From the NCBI GenBank assembly GCA_964106645.2, contig OZ067040.1: DNA of 64,000 bases. One strand, written 5' to 3'. The stretch is from Podarcis pityusensis (Eukaryota). The translations under genes were made by a program, and so were the position numbers. The notes under the pieces were generated by a model. It was not told where the DNA came from and made no database searches. It saw nothing but the letters and a program-made list of their open reading frames with translations. Each line of letters begins with the position of its first letter. Position 1 is the stretch's first letter. Shown piece after piece: positions 11,001 to 58,224 of the stretch.

Positions 11001-14000
11001 TACTCAACTGCATTCTTGGATTTCACGGGGTGAGACTAGATGACCGTTGGGGAACCCTTCCAACTCCACAATTCTATGATTGCTGTATCATGTGTGGCCT
11101 GCCTCCTACCAGATGATTCAAAAGTTCCAGGGCTGAGCCCGTTTTTGAAAACGGAAGAGAAATGTGAGCCTTGGCTCCTGTTTTCAAAAGACGTAAACAT
11201 AGCTTTAATTTGCATGATGGCCCCCAAACGGCTTTTCTTTTCTTTTCTTTTCTTTTCTTTTCCCTTCTTTGGGCAACTTTGAAAAAATAAATAAATGAAG
11301 TAACAAGTAGTATCGTTGAGCATATGCAGATTTCATTCCCTGTATCGCAGACTGGCTCCAGGTAGCTTCTTCTATGCAGAATGGGTTGAGCTCCCTGGAG
11401 CGGAAGGTTTGATTTTCCCACAAGCCCTAATGTATGTATTTTATGTACGGTATTTAAAAGATATGGTCTGTTTTATTAAATCTCTTCTTTTAAGGTTGGG
11501 TGGGTACTTCTAAGGTTGTTTTGCACAGAATAGTCACCTTATTCCAGTGCTGTGGACTTTACAACCACAGCCCTGCTAATAAAACACAGAAAGCAAAAAC
11601 AGCAATAATAAATCATTAGCTGTGTGTGTGTACACACTGTACCTATTAACCACATGCGAAACATTCTTCTCAAAGAATTCTGGGCGCTGTAGTTTCAGGG
11701 TTGCTGGGAAATAGAACTCTGAAGGTTGGACTACAGTGCCCAGAATTCTTTGAGGGAACGAATGTGCTTTAAAGGTATAGCTTGTACCACGCAGCCCTTC
11801 TGTGCTCCAGTGCAGTTGCGCTTCGTAACCCACAGATATTACTAGGTTTATTCATGCCCTGTGTTATTAAGGGCTAAGTCATGTCTTGCCCTCTGTAACT
11901 GACCCCTATCAGAGGTGGATTTAGGAGATCACGAGCAGTTAAGGTGCAAAGTGAAATTGTACCTTTCCCTTTCAGCTTCCTCGTATGCCTGCGGTATATG
12001 AGTTACTACAATTATCCTCTGCCGACGTATATAGAATATCCTATCATCATTGTGCAAGGTAGTACATTGCTCCCACCCACCAATATTGCAGCATCATTTG
12101 TTTCTCTCGCTCACGATCAACGTTTTCGTTTGTTGTGTTTCAGATGTCATTCTTTTGCTATTTGTTCTTCATTACGGTGGCAAAATGAAGCATGCTTTGC
12201 CTTACACAGCCATGTATCCTTTTAACTATCTGTTTGCTCATTTCCATTTATATAGCATTTCTGCCGGTTCTTTTTGTATTCCATCTTCTTGAATGAAACA
12301 ACTATTTTCCAGCACACATTCCTGATTTGATGTGCACATTTTCCAGGATCTTATTCAGGTGTTTTCTGGTGGATTAAGGTGCAAAATTTGCAATTGATTC
12401 ACTGTAATGGAATATAAGGACTTTGTGGGAAAAGTTCAGGTCCATCATGAACAGCCTTTCTTTTAACTCCTGGGATTCTTTTATTTTTAGCTTATGTGCC
12501 GTGCTTATAATTAAAATCAAAACTCTGTACCAGGGTAGAGCAACCTGTATACATTGCACATAAGAATATTTACATAATTTGCTTATTTTGCATAAGGGGT
12601 AATTAAACCCCATCCCCTCAAATGAGCACCCTATCCAAATTCCCCTCTGGGTTCTGGCATGATGAGGCACTGCCTATCTTTTACAGCATGATCTCCATCC
12701 TTTTTGGGCCTATGGGCACATTGGAATTTTGAGTGTGTTTTGGGGACCAGCGCAAAATGGCTGCCTGGGAGGCGTAGCTCACAAGATGGCTGCCAGAGAG
12801 TGGTGTATCCAACCACAAAATTTACAGCCTTGGGGCTAGAAACCCTATGTGGTGATTTTTACAGGCTACCTTTGCAATTTAGTAATTCCTTAATTGGCTT
12901 TTAATTCATTCCTTAAGCTACCTTGAGAAGATAGGGTGTAAATGCATTTAACCCAGTGAACTACCAAGTGTCCACCTGATTGCCATCATCCTTATGCAAC
13001 TTAACCTCAAGATTAGATTTGTGGCAGGATGGTACATGCTAACCCTGCAGAAATGGATAGTGGACCTGGCTATGGTAAGTAGTTGGAAGGAACGCACCTA
13101 TTGCCTGGTTTGCACATCACGGTAAGCCAAACTTTGGCTCACCCAGATTGCGTGAATGCGCAGGCTTCCAGAGGAAAGCTTGCAGCCACTTTTGACTTTT
13201 TTAAATCCTGCACCACACTGAGCTAACCCAGGTTGGTTAAGCTCTTTCCTTACTGACCACAAGCTGAATAATAAACAGTGGCTACAGTTCATGGTTAGCA
13301 AGGAAAGAGCTGGAACATAAGCCCAGGTTCGGATGACACACTAAGCCAAAGCATGGCACAGCTCAGTGTGGCAGGAAGTAAAAAGAACAGGGAGGGGCAA
13401 AGTAGCTTTGAATTTCTTGCTGCCAGCCCACAAGCTTCTCATGGGCCAGTTGAGTCATAAGCTTGGCATGCACATCATGCTCAGCAAAGTCTCTTTTGTT
13501 TAATGCAGTGCTTCCCAAACTTGGGTCTCCAGCTGTTTTTGGACTACAACTCCCATCATCCCTAGCTAGCAAGACCAGTGGTCAGGGATGATGGGAATTG
13601 TAGTGTGAAAACAGACCCCAAATTTGGGAAACAGTTGTTGAATGGTTCCAGTTCTTGGTGTAAAGTTTTCATGTGTACTGTGGGAAGGTGGTGGATTGGA
13701 AAGCCAGAACCCAGTGACCTGGCTGTTGAATGCACCATTATCTTCTCTTCCCCCCCACTTCACCTGGATTAAGATATACCGTATTTTTCCATCTATAAGA
13801 CTTCCCCATGTATAAGATGCCCCCTATTTTGGCGGACTCAAAAATACACAGTCCACCCTCAGCAATATCCATATATAAGATGTCCCTTAATTTTTGACAT
13901 TATTTTTTAGGGAAAAAACCTAAATGGGAAAATATGGTATATTATAAAACATTTATGCATATTTCTTGTTAAAATTAACTACTCTTCCTGTGGTCACCTG

Positions 14001-17000
14001 AGGACTAGTGTTTTAAACTGAGCCCCAAGGAGTGTGGAATTAAAAGTGTGTGTGCTTACTAGAGAATAGGCCTCCCATGAGTCAGAAAGGTAAAGGGACC
14101 CCTGACTGTTAGGTCCAGTTGCGGACGACTCTGGGGTTGCGGCACTCATCTCGCTTTATTGGCCGAGGGAGCCGGCGTACAGCTTCCGGGTCATGTGGCC
14201 AGCATGACTAAGCCACTTCTGGCAAACCAGAGAAGCGCATGGAAACGCCGTTTACCTTCCCACCAGAGCGGTACCTATTTATCTACTTGTACTTTGACAT
14301 GCTTCTGAACTGCTAGGTTGGCAGGAGCTGGGACCGAGCAACAGGAGCTCACCCCGTCGCAGGGATTTGAATCGCCAACCTTCTGATCGGCAAGCCCTAG
14401 GCTCTGTGGTTTAACCCACAGCGCCACCAGCGTCAGATACTTCTCCCCAATTGCTGGGCATTGCTGCAGTGTTTCTTACTCCTGAAAATCACTCATAGGC
14501 TCATTCTCCTGCTGCTTATGGAAAATGAGGAGGAGCTTAAGTGGTTAATGACAAGTGAAACATTTGCTGAGCCAAGCCTTTTAAACAAATTCTTTGTTCA
14601 ATTTCTTGCCTCTATGAGTGTTGAAAGAGCCATTCAGATTGCAGCTGGCTTTCCTAAATTACAATTTTTGATTTTAAATAAAGAGAGCTGAATCTGTACT
14701 ACTACAAAGTTATAGGTAGACTTCACAAGATTGGAGAGGGGCTGAGATTGACTTTGTTTGTATTTTAAATGTTTGGGATTAAGCAAAATATTCACTCCTA
14801 GGTTTGCAATCCTAGCCCCATTTACCTGGGAGTTAGCACCACTGAATTCAGTACAACTTACTTCTGAGTAGACGTGGTTGCGATTGAGCTGTCAAGTCTT
14901 CAGAAGAAGTTCAGAGTAGATTTAAATCTCAGCTCAAAACTCTCCAAAGCAGCTGATTTATCCTGAATTGGGGCAGTTTTCCACCACACCCACTACTTCC
15001 CACTCTATCCCTTTTTCTTCCCTGCAGAACTTAAGCACTGTAATCAGCGCTGCAAGTAAACTTGTGCAGCTTCAATATCTTTGGCGGACGAGAGATTCTG
15101 GGCAAGTGAGTGCCACGACTTGGAGTCTAGCCACATATACCTGTGCAAGTAAGCAGCTTCTCAAACTTTTAGCTTCGTTTACTAAATACAAATAAAGCAA
15201 GCATGCTTAAATTTGATGGCTCTCTAGAGCCACCAGCATCAGAACATTTTCTAATGCAAATTACCCTGTGCAAACTCCCGCTTTAGTCCCTGCATCCCCG
15301 AAAACACACATCCTTGTTTTGATGGGAGCAGCTCATGCCTGAAATAGAATTGCCTCCCCAAAAAAGCACTGGAAATTCTGCTGGGAGTGGTGTAGAAACT
15401 ACACACAGTGAACGAAGTTTACTTAAACGGGCTGGATGTGCTTGCAGTTTTAATCTGAAACAAAATTTTGAATCGCACATGGAAGGAGAAACATCAGAGG
15501 AATGCAGAATTATCAGCGAAACATCTTGCGTAGGGGGTAAAAGTGGTTCTAAACGGAGCCATTTCACTTATCTTGGGGAAACCACAGGTTTCAAAAGGCC
15601 AGTATATTTGCTTGACGACTCTCCCCTTTTGCCTGTTTAAAGTGTGCTAATATGCTCTCTTTCAATTGCAGCCAGAATATTTACAACAGTAATGACAACA
15701 AAGGATGTTACAGGTAATATTGTAATGCCGGGTGATTTGTGTGTGTGTGTCAATTTAAAATTGGTTTCGCTGAGAACAATAAAATAAGGGGTCCTTAACT
15801 GGTTAGCAAATACACTGACACATTTCCACCAATAGCAGTAGTGCAGATGGTTTTATGCTACCTGGTTACATAATTTTTGTTTCACTGGCATATAATAAAG
15901 CAAAGACATGGTTTTTTTTGGGGGGGGACACAGACTCTTGCAAATATCTGGTTTATGCTGTATCTCTTTAGGGGGAAATGCTTGAATTGTTTTCGACAAG
16001 TCAGTCTCTTCAGACCTGTTCTTTGCATTTTAAACGAAAGGATTAGAAGCATCTACTGTGGGAATTTGACTTAAAATCCTCTGCATATAAATTCTGCAAT
16101 TCAAGTGATTTATATTAATATTGTACTTTCAATATTGATATTGACAAGGCAGGTGGAAATGTACATTCCAATCAATCTGCCACTTTGCAGGCATGCTTTG
16201 CATCCAGCAGTGCATCTCACAACCGGCACTGCGCATTATGTTGCAGTTAAGGGGATCTGTAGACAGAAGTCGCCTTCCGTGTGTGAATTTTGCCTTGTGG
16301 GATGCATGCAAATTAACACAGTTGTCAGGTATTTCAGTAGCTACTGTGAGGTCAGCTTGGCATAGCTGTGATTATACCTGGAAGTTTCTTTTAGCTTCTG
16401 GGCTCAAATATTGGCCTTTTAAAACCTTAAAGCGGGGGTAGTTAACCTGCAGACCTATGTTGCTGAATTAAAACCCGCATCAATCCCAGCCTTTATGGCC
16501 CGTGGTCAGGGTAATGATGGGAGTCGTAATTCAGCAGCTTCGAGAAGGCCATGTATTAGCCACACCTGCCCTTAAATGCTTTGGGGCCAGGCTATATGAA
16601 AGACTACCATTTCCCAGGATTGAAGAATTAGCATTCAAAGCCTTGCACTCTGGTCCGCAAGTAAAAGTGGTTAGGTTAGCATCAAGGACAGGGCCTTCTC
16701 CATGGTGGCTCTTTATTTCTGGAATGCCCTCTACAGGGAAAATTGTATGGCACAGACCTTTAAGAAAATGCTTTGGGGCTTTAAAAAATATTGTGTGTTG
16801 TTGTTTTTAGAACTGTTTTCTGTAACTGTTTTTAATACTGACAGTTTTTACTGCTATAAATCATAGAATGTTAATGTTGTCTTCTACTGATCGATCGTAA
16901 CCTGTATCGAGAGTGTGTATCCTACGAGAGACTAACTAGAAATATATTAAATATAGTAAATTAAGTTACAGTAAAATGGAGAAAAACAAAGCAATTTTTA

Positions 17001-17117
17001 ACTAAACACTTCCCCCCTCCCACAGTTTTGGTCCGTTTCATAGTCATGATGGCTCTGAATATATGGGTCACAGCAACTATACTGCAGTACAGGAAGCCAG
17101 CAAAGAAGAGTGATTAA
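10579..17117 (+). CDS. SLC66A3: SLC66A3 (PQLC3), PQ-loop membrane protein, 7 coding exons, 204 aa
   Basis: Exons 10579-10727, 11976-12058, 12144-12213, 13017-13074, 15028-15148, 15672-15713 and 17026-17117 join in frame (615 nt). PQ motif LKVPQ; similar throughout to human PQLC3 as recalled; syntenic with ROCK2. Confidence 0.93.
11669..11754. repeat. Inverted repeat (25-bp arms, 1 mismatch), core of a foldback MITE
   Basis: CTCAAAGAATTCTGGGCGCTGTAGT ... ACTACAGTGCCCAGAATTCTTTGAG. Confidence 0.7.
11976..12058 (+). CDS. SLC66A3: SLC66A3 exon 2 (FLVCLRYMSYYNYPLPTYIEYPIIIVQ)
   Basis: ttcag acceptor, G|gtagt donor, homology. Confidence 0.9.
12144..12213 (+). CDS. SLC66A3: SLC66A3 exon 3 (DVILLLFVLHYGGKMKHALPYTAI)
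   Basis: tttcag acceptor; U12-type donor GTATCCTTT. Confidence 0.9.
13017..13074 (+). CDS. SLC66A3: SLC66A3 exon 4 (FVAGWYMLTLQKWIVDLAM)
   Basis: attag acceptor with upstream CTTAAC branch point; ATG|gtaagt donor; homology to LQKWIIDLAM. Confidence 0.9.
13506..13636. mobile_element. Foldback hAT-like MITE
   Basis: TIR-like ends CAGTGCTTCCC / GGGAAACAGTT, internal palindrome ctacaactcccatcatccct..agggatgatgggaattgtag, approximate 8-bp TSD gtttaatg/gttgaatg. Confidence 0.65.
13779..13937. mobile_element. Short TA-flanked MITE (CCGTATTTT TIR family)
   Basis: TA|CCGTATTTTTCC ... GGAAAATATGG|TA. Confidence 0.65.
14087..14431 (-). mobile_element. Sauria SINE (Squam1-type), near full length
   Basis: Minus strand reads GGTGGCGCTGTGGGTTAAACCACAGAGCCTAGGGCTTGCCGATCAGAAGG... 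and ends in a CCCTTTACCTTT tail; GTCAGA duplicated at 14081-86 and 14432-37. Confidence 0.88.
15028..15148 (+). CDS. SLC66A3: SLC66A3 exon 5 (NLSTVISAASKLVQLQYLWRTRDSGQVSATTWSLATYTCA)
   Basis: cctgcag acceptor, A|gtaagc donor, homology. Confidence 0.92.
15672..15713 (+). CDS. SLC66A3: SLC66A3 exon 6 (TRIFTTVMTTKDVT)
   Basis: ttgcag acceptor, G|gtaata donor, homology. Confidence 0.9.
17026..17117 (+). CDS. SLC66A3: SLC66A3 exon 7 (VLVRFIVMMALNIWVTATILQYRKPAKKSD*)
   Basis: cccacag acceptor, TAA at 17115-17117, homology. Confidence 0.92.
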
Positions 17118-17283
17118 GATGACGTTCTATTTTGAGTGGTCTGGACCGAAAGAAAGAATGAAACCAATATATGAGATGGTAAATTAGGACCAAAGTTACC
17201 ACCAAGCTTCAGTAAATCAGCAATCCATTTAATGGGAAACTGCTGATGTTTCACATACTAAAGGAAGTTGCCACTATGAATTC

Positions 17284-17289
17284 AATAAA
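17284..17289 (+). terminator. Candidate SLC66A3 poly(A) signal AATAAA
   Basis: First AATAAA, about 170 nt after the stop; a second lies at 18235-18240. Confidence 0.5.
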
Positions 17290-18381
17290 AGTTTTGATAT
17301 TTGTTGGCATGCATACACTTTGATGTATTTTATAAGAAAATTTTAATGGATTGCCGAATGTGTGCCCATATACAATTATTGAAATACTAAAGCAACTTCT
17401 TATGCCTCTCACTCTCCCATCAAATATCTGTTGCCCAACTTAAATGCAGCTGTGGTGTCCCTTTTTGTCAAATTCTAGTTACGTATGATACAAGCATTGT
17501 TCCAGGGTATGAGGTTGTAGCACCCTCAAATGTATAAGTTGCTCTTGCATCAGCCCCTTACCATAAAACTTGGTTTTATAGCCGAAGCTTCTGTTTCTTT
17601 CTCACACACAACTGGACTCTTAACTCCTCTACTTGCTCAGTAAACCTATTGATCCTGCCTGCTGCATAGTAAGTTGGTTCTCAAGTTTCATGGACTGCAA
17701 TAATAGTTTAGAATAGCTAAGTTTCTTTGGATTGGGGTCTTATTTTTTTACACATCCAACTTCCTATTGGTTAGCTGGTTCTCAATATCTAATGGGTGCC
17801 TGTAAAAGAAACAACAGCCTACATGAATGCTGTAAGCATTTCCAAAATAACTGCAAGAATGGGTTTGTTTTGGTTGAAATACACATTAAACTCCAGGAAT
17901 ATAAACCCCAATTATAAACTTGCCTAAGCTGGGAAAAACAGCTGCTTAGGCTGGCTACCTAGGATTCAGTGGCATTTTTGAAGGACAGGTAGAAAAGAGC
18001 GGCAATGCTTTGTCACAGTTCAGAAAGCATAAATATACAATCCTTTATTTTGAAAGGCACTTTCGGAAATGCTTCCAAATATGTGAAAGCAAGCAGCCAT
18101 TGTCTACTTCCCTGTGGAGCAAGGAAAACGCAAAAATGGTGTTTTGAGCTGAATCTGTACAATGCAAATCTATACACGCTTTTTGAGCAAGCCAAGCCAT
18201 GAAAACTTTGTAAGATTAGAACCTATTTTAAGTCAATAAAAGCTTTATATTAAAACACAATGCTTCTTACATGCTTTAAATCTATGCTTGGGGAAAATAA
18301 ACCTTCTATGGCTTTATCTGCTGTAGCAGTTGTACATTACCGAGGCATGAGTAACATCAATTTAGTCTTAGCACAAAGGTA

Positions 18382-18732
18382 AAGGTACCAGATAGTTAGG
18401 TCCAGTCACAGACGACTCTGGGGTTGTGCGCTCATCTCGCTCTATAGGCTGAGGGAGCTGGCGTTTGTCCACAGACAGCTTACAGGTCATGTGGCCAGTA
18501 TGACTAAGCCACTTCTGGTGAACCAGAGCAGCGCACGGAAACACCGTTTACCTTCCCGCTGGAGTGGTACCTATTTATCTACTTGCACTTTGACGTGCTT
18601 TCAAACTGCTTGGTGGGCAGGAGCTGGGACCAAACAATGGGAACTCACCCCATTGTGGGGATTTGAACTGCCGACCTTCCAATCGGCAAGCCCTAGGCTC
18701 TGTGGTTTAGACCACAGCACCATCCCCGTCCC
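18382..18732 (-). mobile_element. Sauria SINE, full length
   Basis: Homologous to 14087-14431; TSD TTAGCAC(A/C)AAGGTA at 18368-81 and 18733-46. Confidence 0.88.
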
Positions 18733-20569
18733 TTAGCACCAAGGTAGAAGACGGTATTTCAAGGTGTCATTCCTTGGCAAAGTGCCCTGCACTGCGTTAT
18801 GGGGTAAATGCTACCTAGGAATTCCCATTGTGTGGAAAGCTTTACAGTGTTTAACGTGAAGAGAGAAGACTTACTACAAGCTGGTGTGTGGATGGGGGCT
18901 GTTGCCAAGTAGTGCAAATTAAAGAACCAAAGCAATCATAAAACCAATGCATGCTTGCATGATCCAGTCCAAAATGCATACATTATCAATGACTTGTCAA
19001 TTTGCCTCAAAGGGTTTTCCCAATTATACAGGCAGGGAATCCTCCTGGCTTGGTGTAGCAAACAAGCCACTCTGGATATTAAGAGAATTCCCAGCTCTCA
19101 TCAATTCCTAACTAGCATGGCCAATGGGGATGATACGAGTTGGGAGTCCAGCAATATCTGGAGCTGGTCATTCTTGTTCTGAAGATACTTCAGTACCTCA
19201 TGCCACATTTCCAGCTAGTTCAAGTGCAAAACCTAGTAGTGCCAATGTTTACTCCCTTGAACCAGGTACAATGTGGAAGTTGCATCTTAAGCAGCAGCCT
19301 GTTCTCAGAACAGTGGGATACAGAAAACTACAAGCTAGGAGCATATATGGCTGTTATCAACTGCATGACAAACTACCTTTTAGTTTGGAGAAAACCAAGC
19401 AGAGGGGGACACAAGTGGCATATGAAATTATGCATTGTGTGAAGAAGGCAGACAGATGAGTTGGCAGACTTCCTGTGGCTACTGGATGATGGGCCTTGGG
19501 TAGCAGGGGCTCTTAAGGAAGGTATTGCCAGGTACTTTCCTATATGAACATCAATCTATTTCTGCCAAACTTGCAGGGAAATTTCCAACGACTTGCTCAA
19601 TTTGTGGCTTTTTCTCCAGAACTATTGGACAGATACTGCATCTCTAAACCAGGAATGGGAAATCTCTGGCCTGGACTGGACTGGCCTGACCTCACCTTAA
19701 CCAGTGAAGTATTTAAAAATTTGGAAAATCCAATGGTCTTTCTCTTAAAAAATGCATCCATTCAGGGGACTCTGGTACCATAGGCAGCTTTGGGAAATTG
19801 GATTTAAGAATATGATCCCACTGTTAAGAGTCTGAGACTGATTTCCAACTACCATCTTCTGCCAAGAGGAAGCTGGTCCTGGGTCCACCCATTTTCCTTA
19901 CCTAAGAGTGAGTCCCTGTGAATTAGTCAGATCCAAAACGTGATGGTGGCAAAGGATGGTCTACATAGGCAAGAGACAAACAGAACAATCCTGCCAATGT
20001 TTACTAAGACCAAAGCTCCATTGTGCTCAATGGGGTTTACTTCCAACAAAATATGCAACAGAATTGTTGTCCAATGCTGTTTTAGGGAACTGATTTGATC
20101 TCTTGCTCATGAGGAAATAGGACATGGCCTCCCCTTCTCACCACCACCACCCTTTCCTCAGTGGTCAAATTTGATAGCTGTCCCTTCAACCTTTGGATGT
20201 CCCATTATCTTCTGACAGATTGGCTCATACAAACACAAGTCCTGAATGTACCTGCTATTCTTCTGCCAAGCTTCAGTGCTTATGCTATTCTCTGGAAAGG
20301 ACGTGAATTAATGCTTCACTCTCCTTTTAATCAGGCACAGAACATCATCTGATCTTTCAAAAGGTGTTACACAAAGCTACTTTTAAACACAGGGAACATT
20401 TTGTCCAGCATTGGTTAGCTGATTCCGAGAACTGTTAAAAGTGCATTTCCCTATAAATGTATGTAAGCAACATTTTGTCCTTCAGAATTCTAAAATAACA
20501 TTTCTATGCAAGATGTTCCATTTGCATACTTCAATTTATAAAAATCAACTTACCAACATCAGGAATTAT

Positions 20570-22863
20570 TTAGTCTTACTCAAATAGTTTATTTAAAAAT
20601 ATATATATATTTCTTCCAATTCAGAACTTCCCACAAATAACAATTTTATATAAAATATGTATGCCTTCAGTGAATGGAAACAATTTTTATTGTATACATG
20701 TTTTAAAAATAAGTTTTGTATGCAAAATATGCATTTTTAAAAATATGCTATACTCTCACTATTCAAAACAAGCAGGTAAAATGATAAACTCCTGCTGTGC
20801 CATTGGGGCTTAAAGATAACTGAAATGATAAAGGTATATTTTAAATTATGGGATGCACAGCTTCTCATACCTAGTGTGTGTATAAACAGTATAACTGAAT
20901 ATATGGTTGGTGAGTCACAGTGGTTTAGTGGAAAGATGTACTTATAGGCCCATGCCAGTGGATCTTCTTTCCATGCGTGACTCAGTAAAACAAATTCTTT
21001 CTTATTTCAAGGGGGTTTGAATGAGAGAAGATCCCAGTTTGTAGTGAGCTCAAACTTACTGCATTCTACTGCACAAGCCCTCCTGAAGCAACTGAAAACT
21101 AAAGGGGAGTGGGGTCCTGTTTGGTGAATTGTACCTTATGGGTGTCTATTGGGTGGAAATCCAATTTTTTTGGTTGAGATGTTAAATAAATCTTGGTTCT
21201 CTCCTTTCAAATATCTACTAAGGAAAACAACCTAGTGAAATGTCTCATTTCCTTCATTCAAATGTTAATTCTGTATTTCATTAGCACTAGCACACAACAT
21301 ATATATGCAAATATATGTAAACATATGAAAAAAAGAGAGAGAGACCAAGGAGGAGGCTACAATAGTTCTTTTTTCTTTTCCTTTTTTTTTACTGCCATCA
21401 TGTTTTAACATTATAGCATACTGTAGTTGTATAAAACATGCATTTTTCTGGATAAATTATGGACACGGCATTAAAAATCTCACATAAATTATATTTTGTA
21501 CAAAATCAAATTTTTTTATTAAAAAAATCTGATTAAGTGCCTCTAAGGCCCTTTCCTCACATATGTTCTCAAAAACACACAACTGAAATTATTTTCCTAT
21601 TCCAAATGCTATGTGCTAAGAGAACAGGATTCAAGAAGTTTAAAATACATCTACAGTATGTTTCAATCGTTAAGGATTGGTGACAGTCCTTAGATATTGT
21701 GTGGTGAAAATGTAAAAATAGATAGTATGCAAAAAACAAACAAAGGCAGAATGATGTTTTGCAGCACTTAGTAAGGGTAATATAAAACCAATGACTAATA
21801 CTGAGGTTTGTACAAAGGGTGGATGGGAAGTTATGCCTAAGCATGAAAGCTATATATTAGTTCTAATACTACCAGATCATTGTTTTTGAAACCATTACTC
21901 AACTGACCCCTCCCTCCCCTCCCCTCCCCTCCCTATTTAGATATACATTCAGAATAGACTGACATTGATATAAACTATTATATTGTAAACATAGTGCACT
22001 ATATTGTTCTGCCACAAAGCAAAATTGCATCCTAAGAGCTGGCAAACCTCTGCATCCTTTATCTCTCTTAAATATCTAGAATGGGCACAGACTTTAAGGA
22101 AATGACATTAATTTAAGGCATTCAAGACTGGTAAAAGAGGACTGCCCATTAAGTAGTAACTGGATATATACTTGGAAGTTATTATTATATGTCGCTGCTG
22201 AACACAGACATGCAGCCTTTGATATACAGATAATGAATGGCAAAATTCAACAGTATGGCTTTATACATGTGCATAGTTGCAACTGCAGGTAATGGTATAT
22301 GAATAATATGTATAAAAAATAAAGTGGAAAGTTTTTTTTTAACCCTCTTGCAGCATTACAGTACAATATACATATTTACACACCAAAACACATACACACA
22401 CAGTATAATGGTCACTTCTTTAAGATGCTGTCTTCATCAGTGTGTCAGACCCTCCTTATCGCCCTTTTTTCTGGCAAAATTGCTGGTTGCATTTCTCTAT
22501 AAAAAAAACTGACCAAGAGATGGGTTCATCACGTTTCCCCACTCCTTTTATTCCTCTTGTGACATGTAGTGCGAGTCTTTCCCAGAAAGAATTTGTAGAA
22601 CAGAATCTGAGAGTATCCTTGTACTATTATTCACCAACCATTCCTAACTTGCTCAGTCATCCAGAGGGATTACATTAAAAAAGCAACACAGGAATTATTA
22701 GTATGTTGTATTGCAGCAAAACACACACACACCTCTGTAAACTTCTTATCTATTTATACTTGAACTGTCTTTCAGAAACACCTATATATATATATTCGTA
22801 ACCCCAGGAATATGATGGTTCAGTCTTATCGACTCCAATAGTGATAGTATTCATAGGAGGCAG
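20570..22863 (-). other. ROCK2: ROCK2 3'UTR (approximate distal end)
   Basis: AT-rich stretch with no recognisable transposon after the stop; minus-strand AATAAA at 21515-20, 20686-91 and 20588-93; many conserved-family miRNA seed matches. Confidence 0.65.
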
Positions 22864-58224
<35,361 letters not shown>

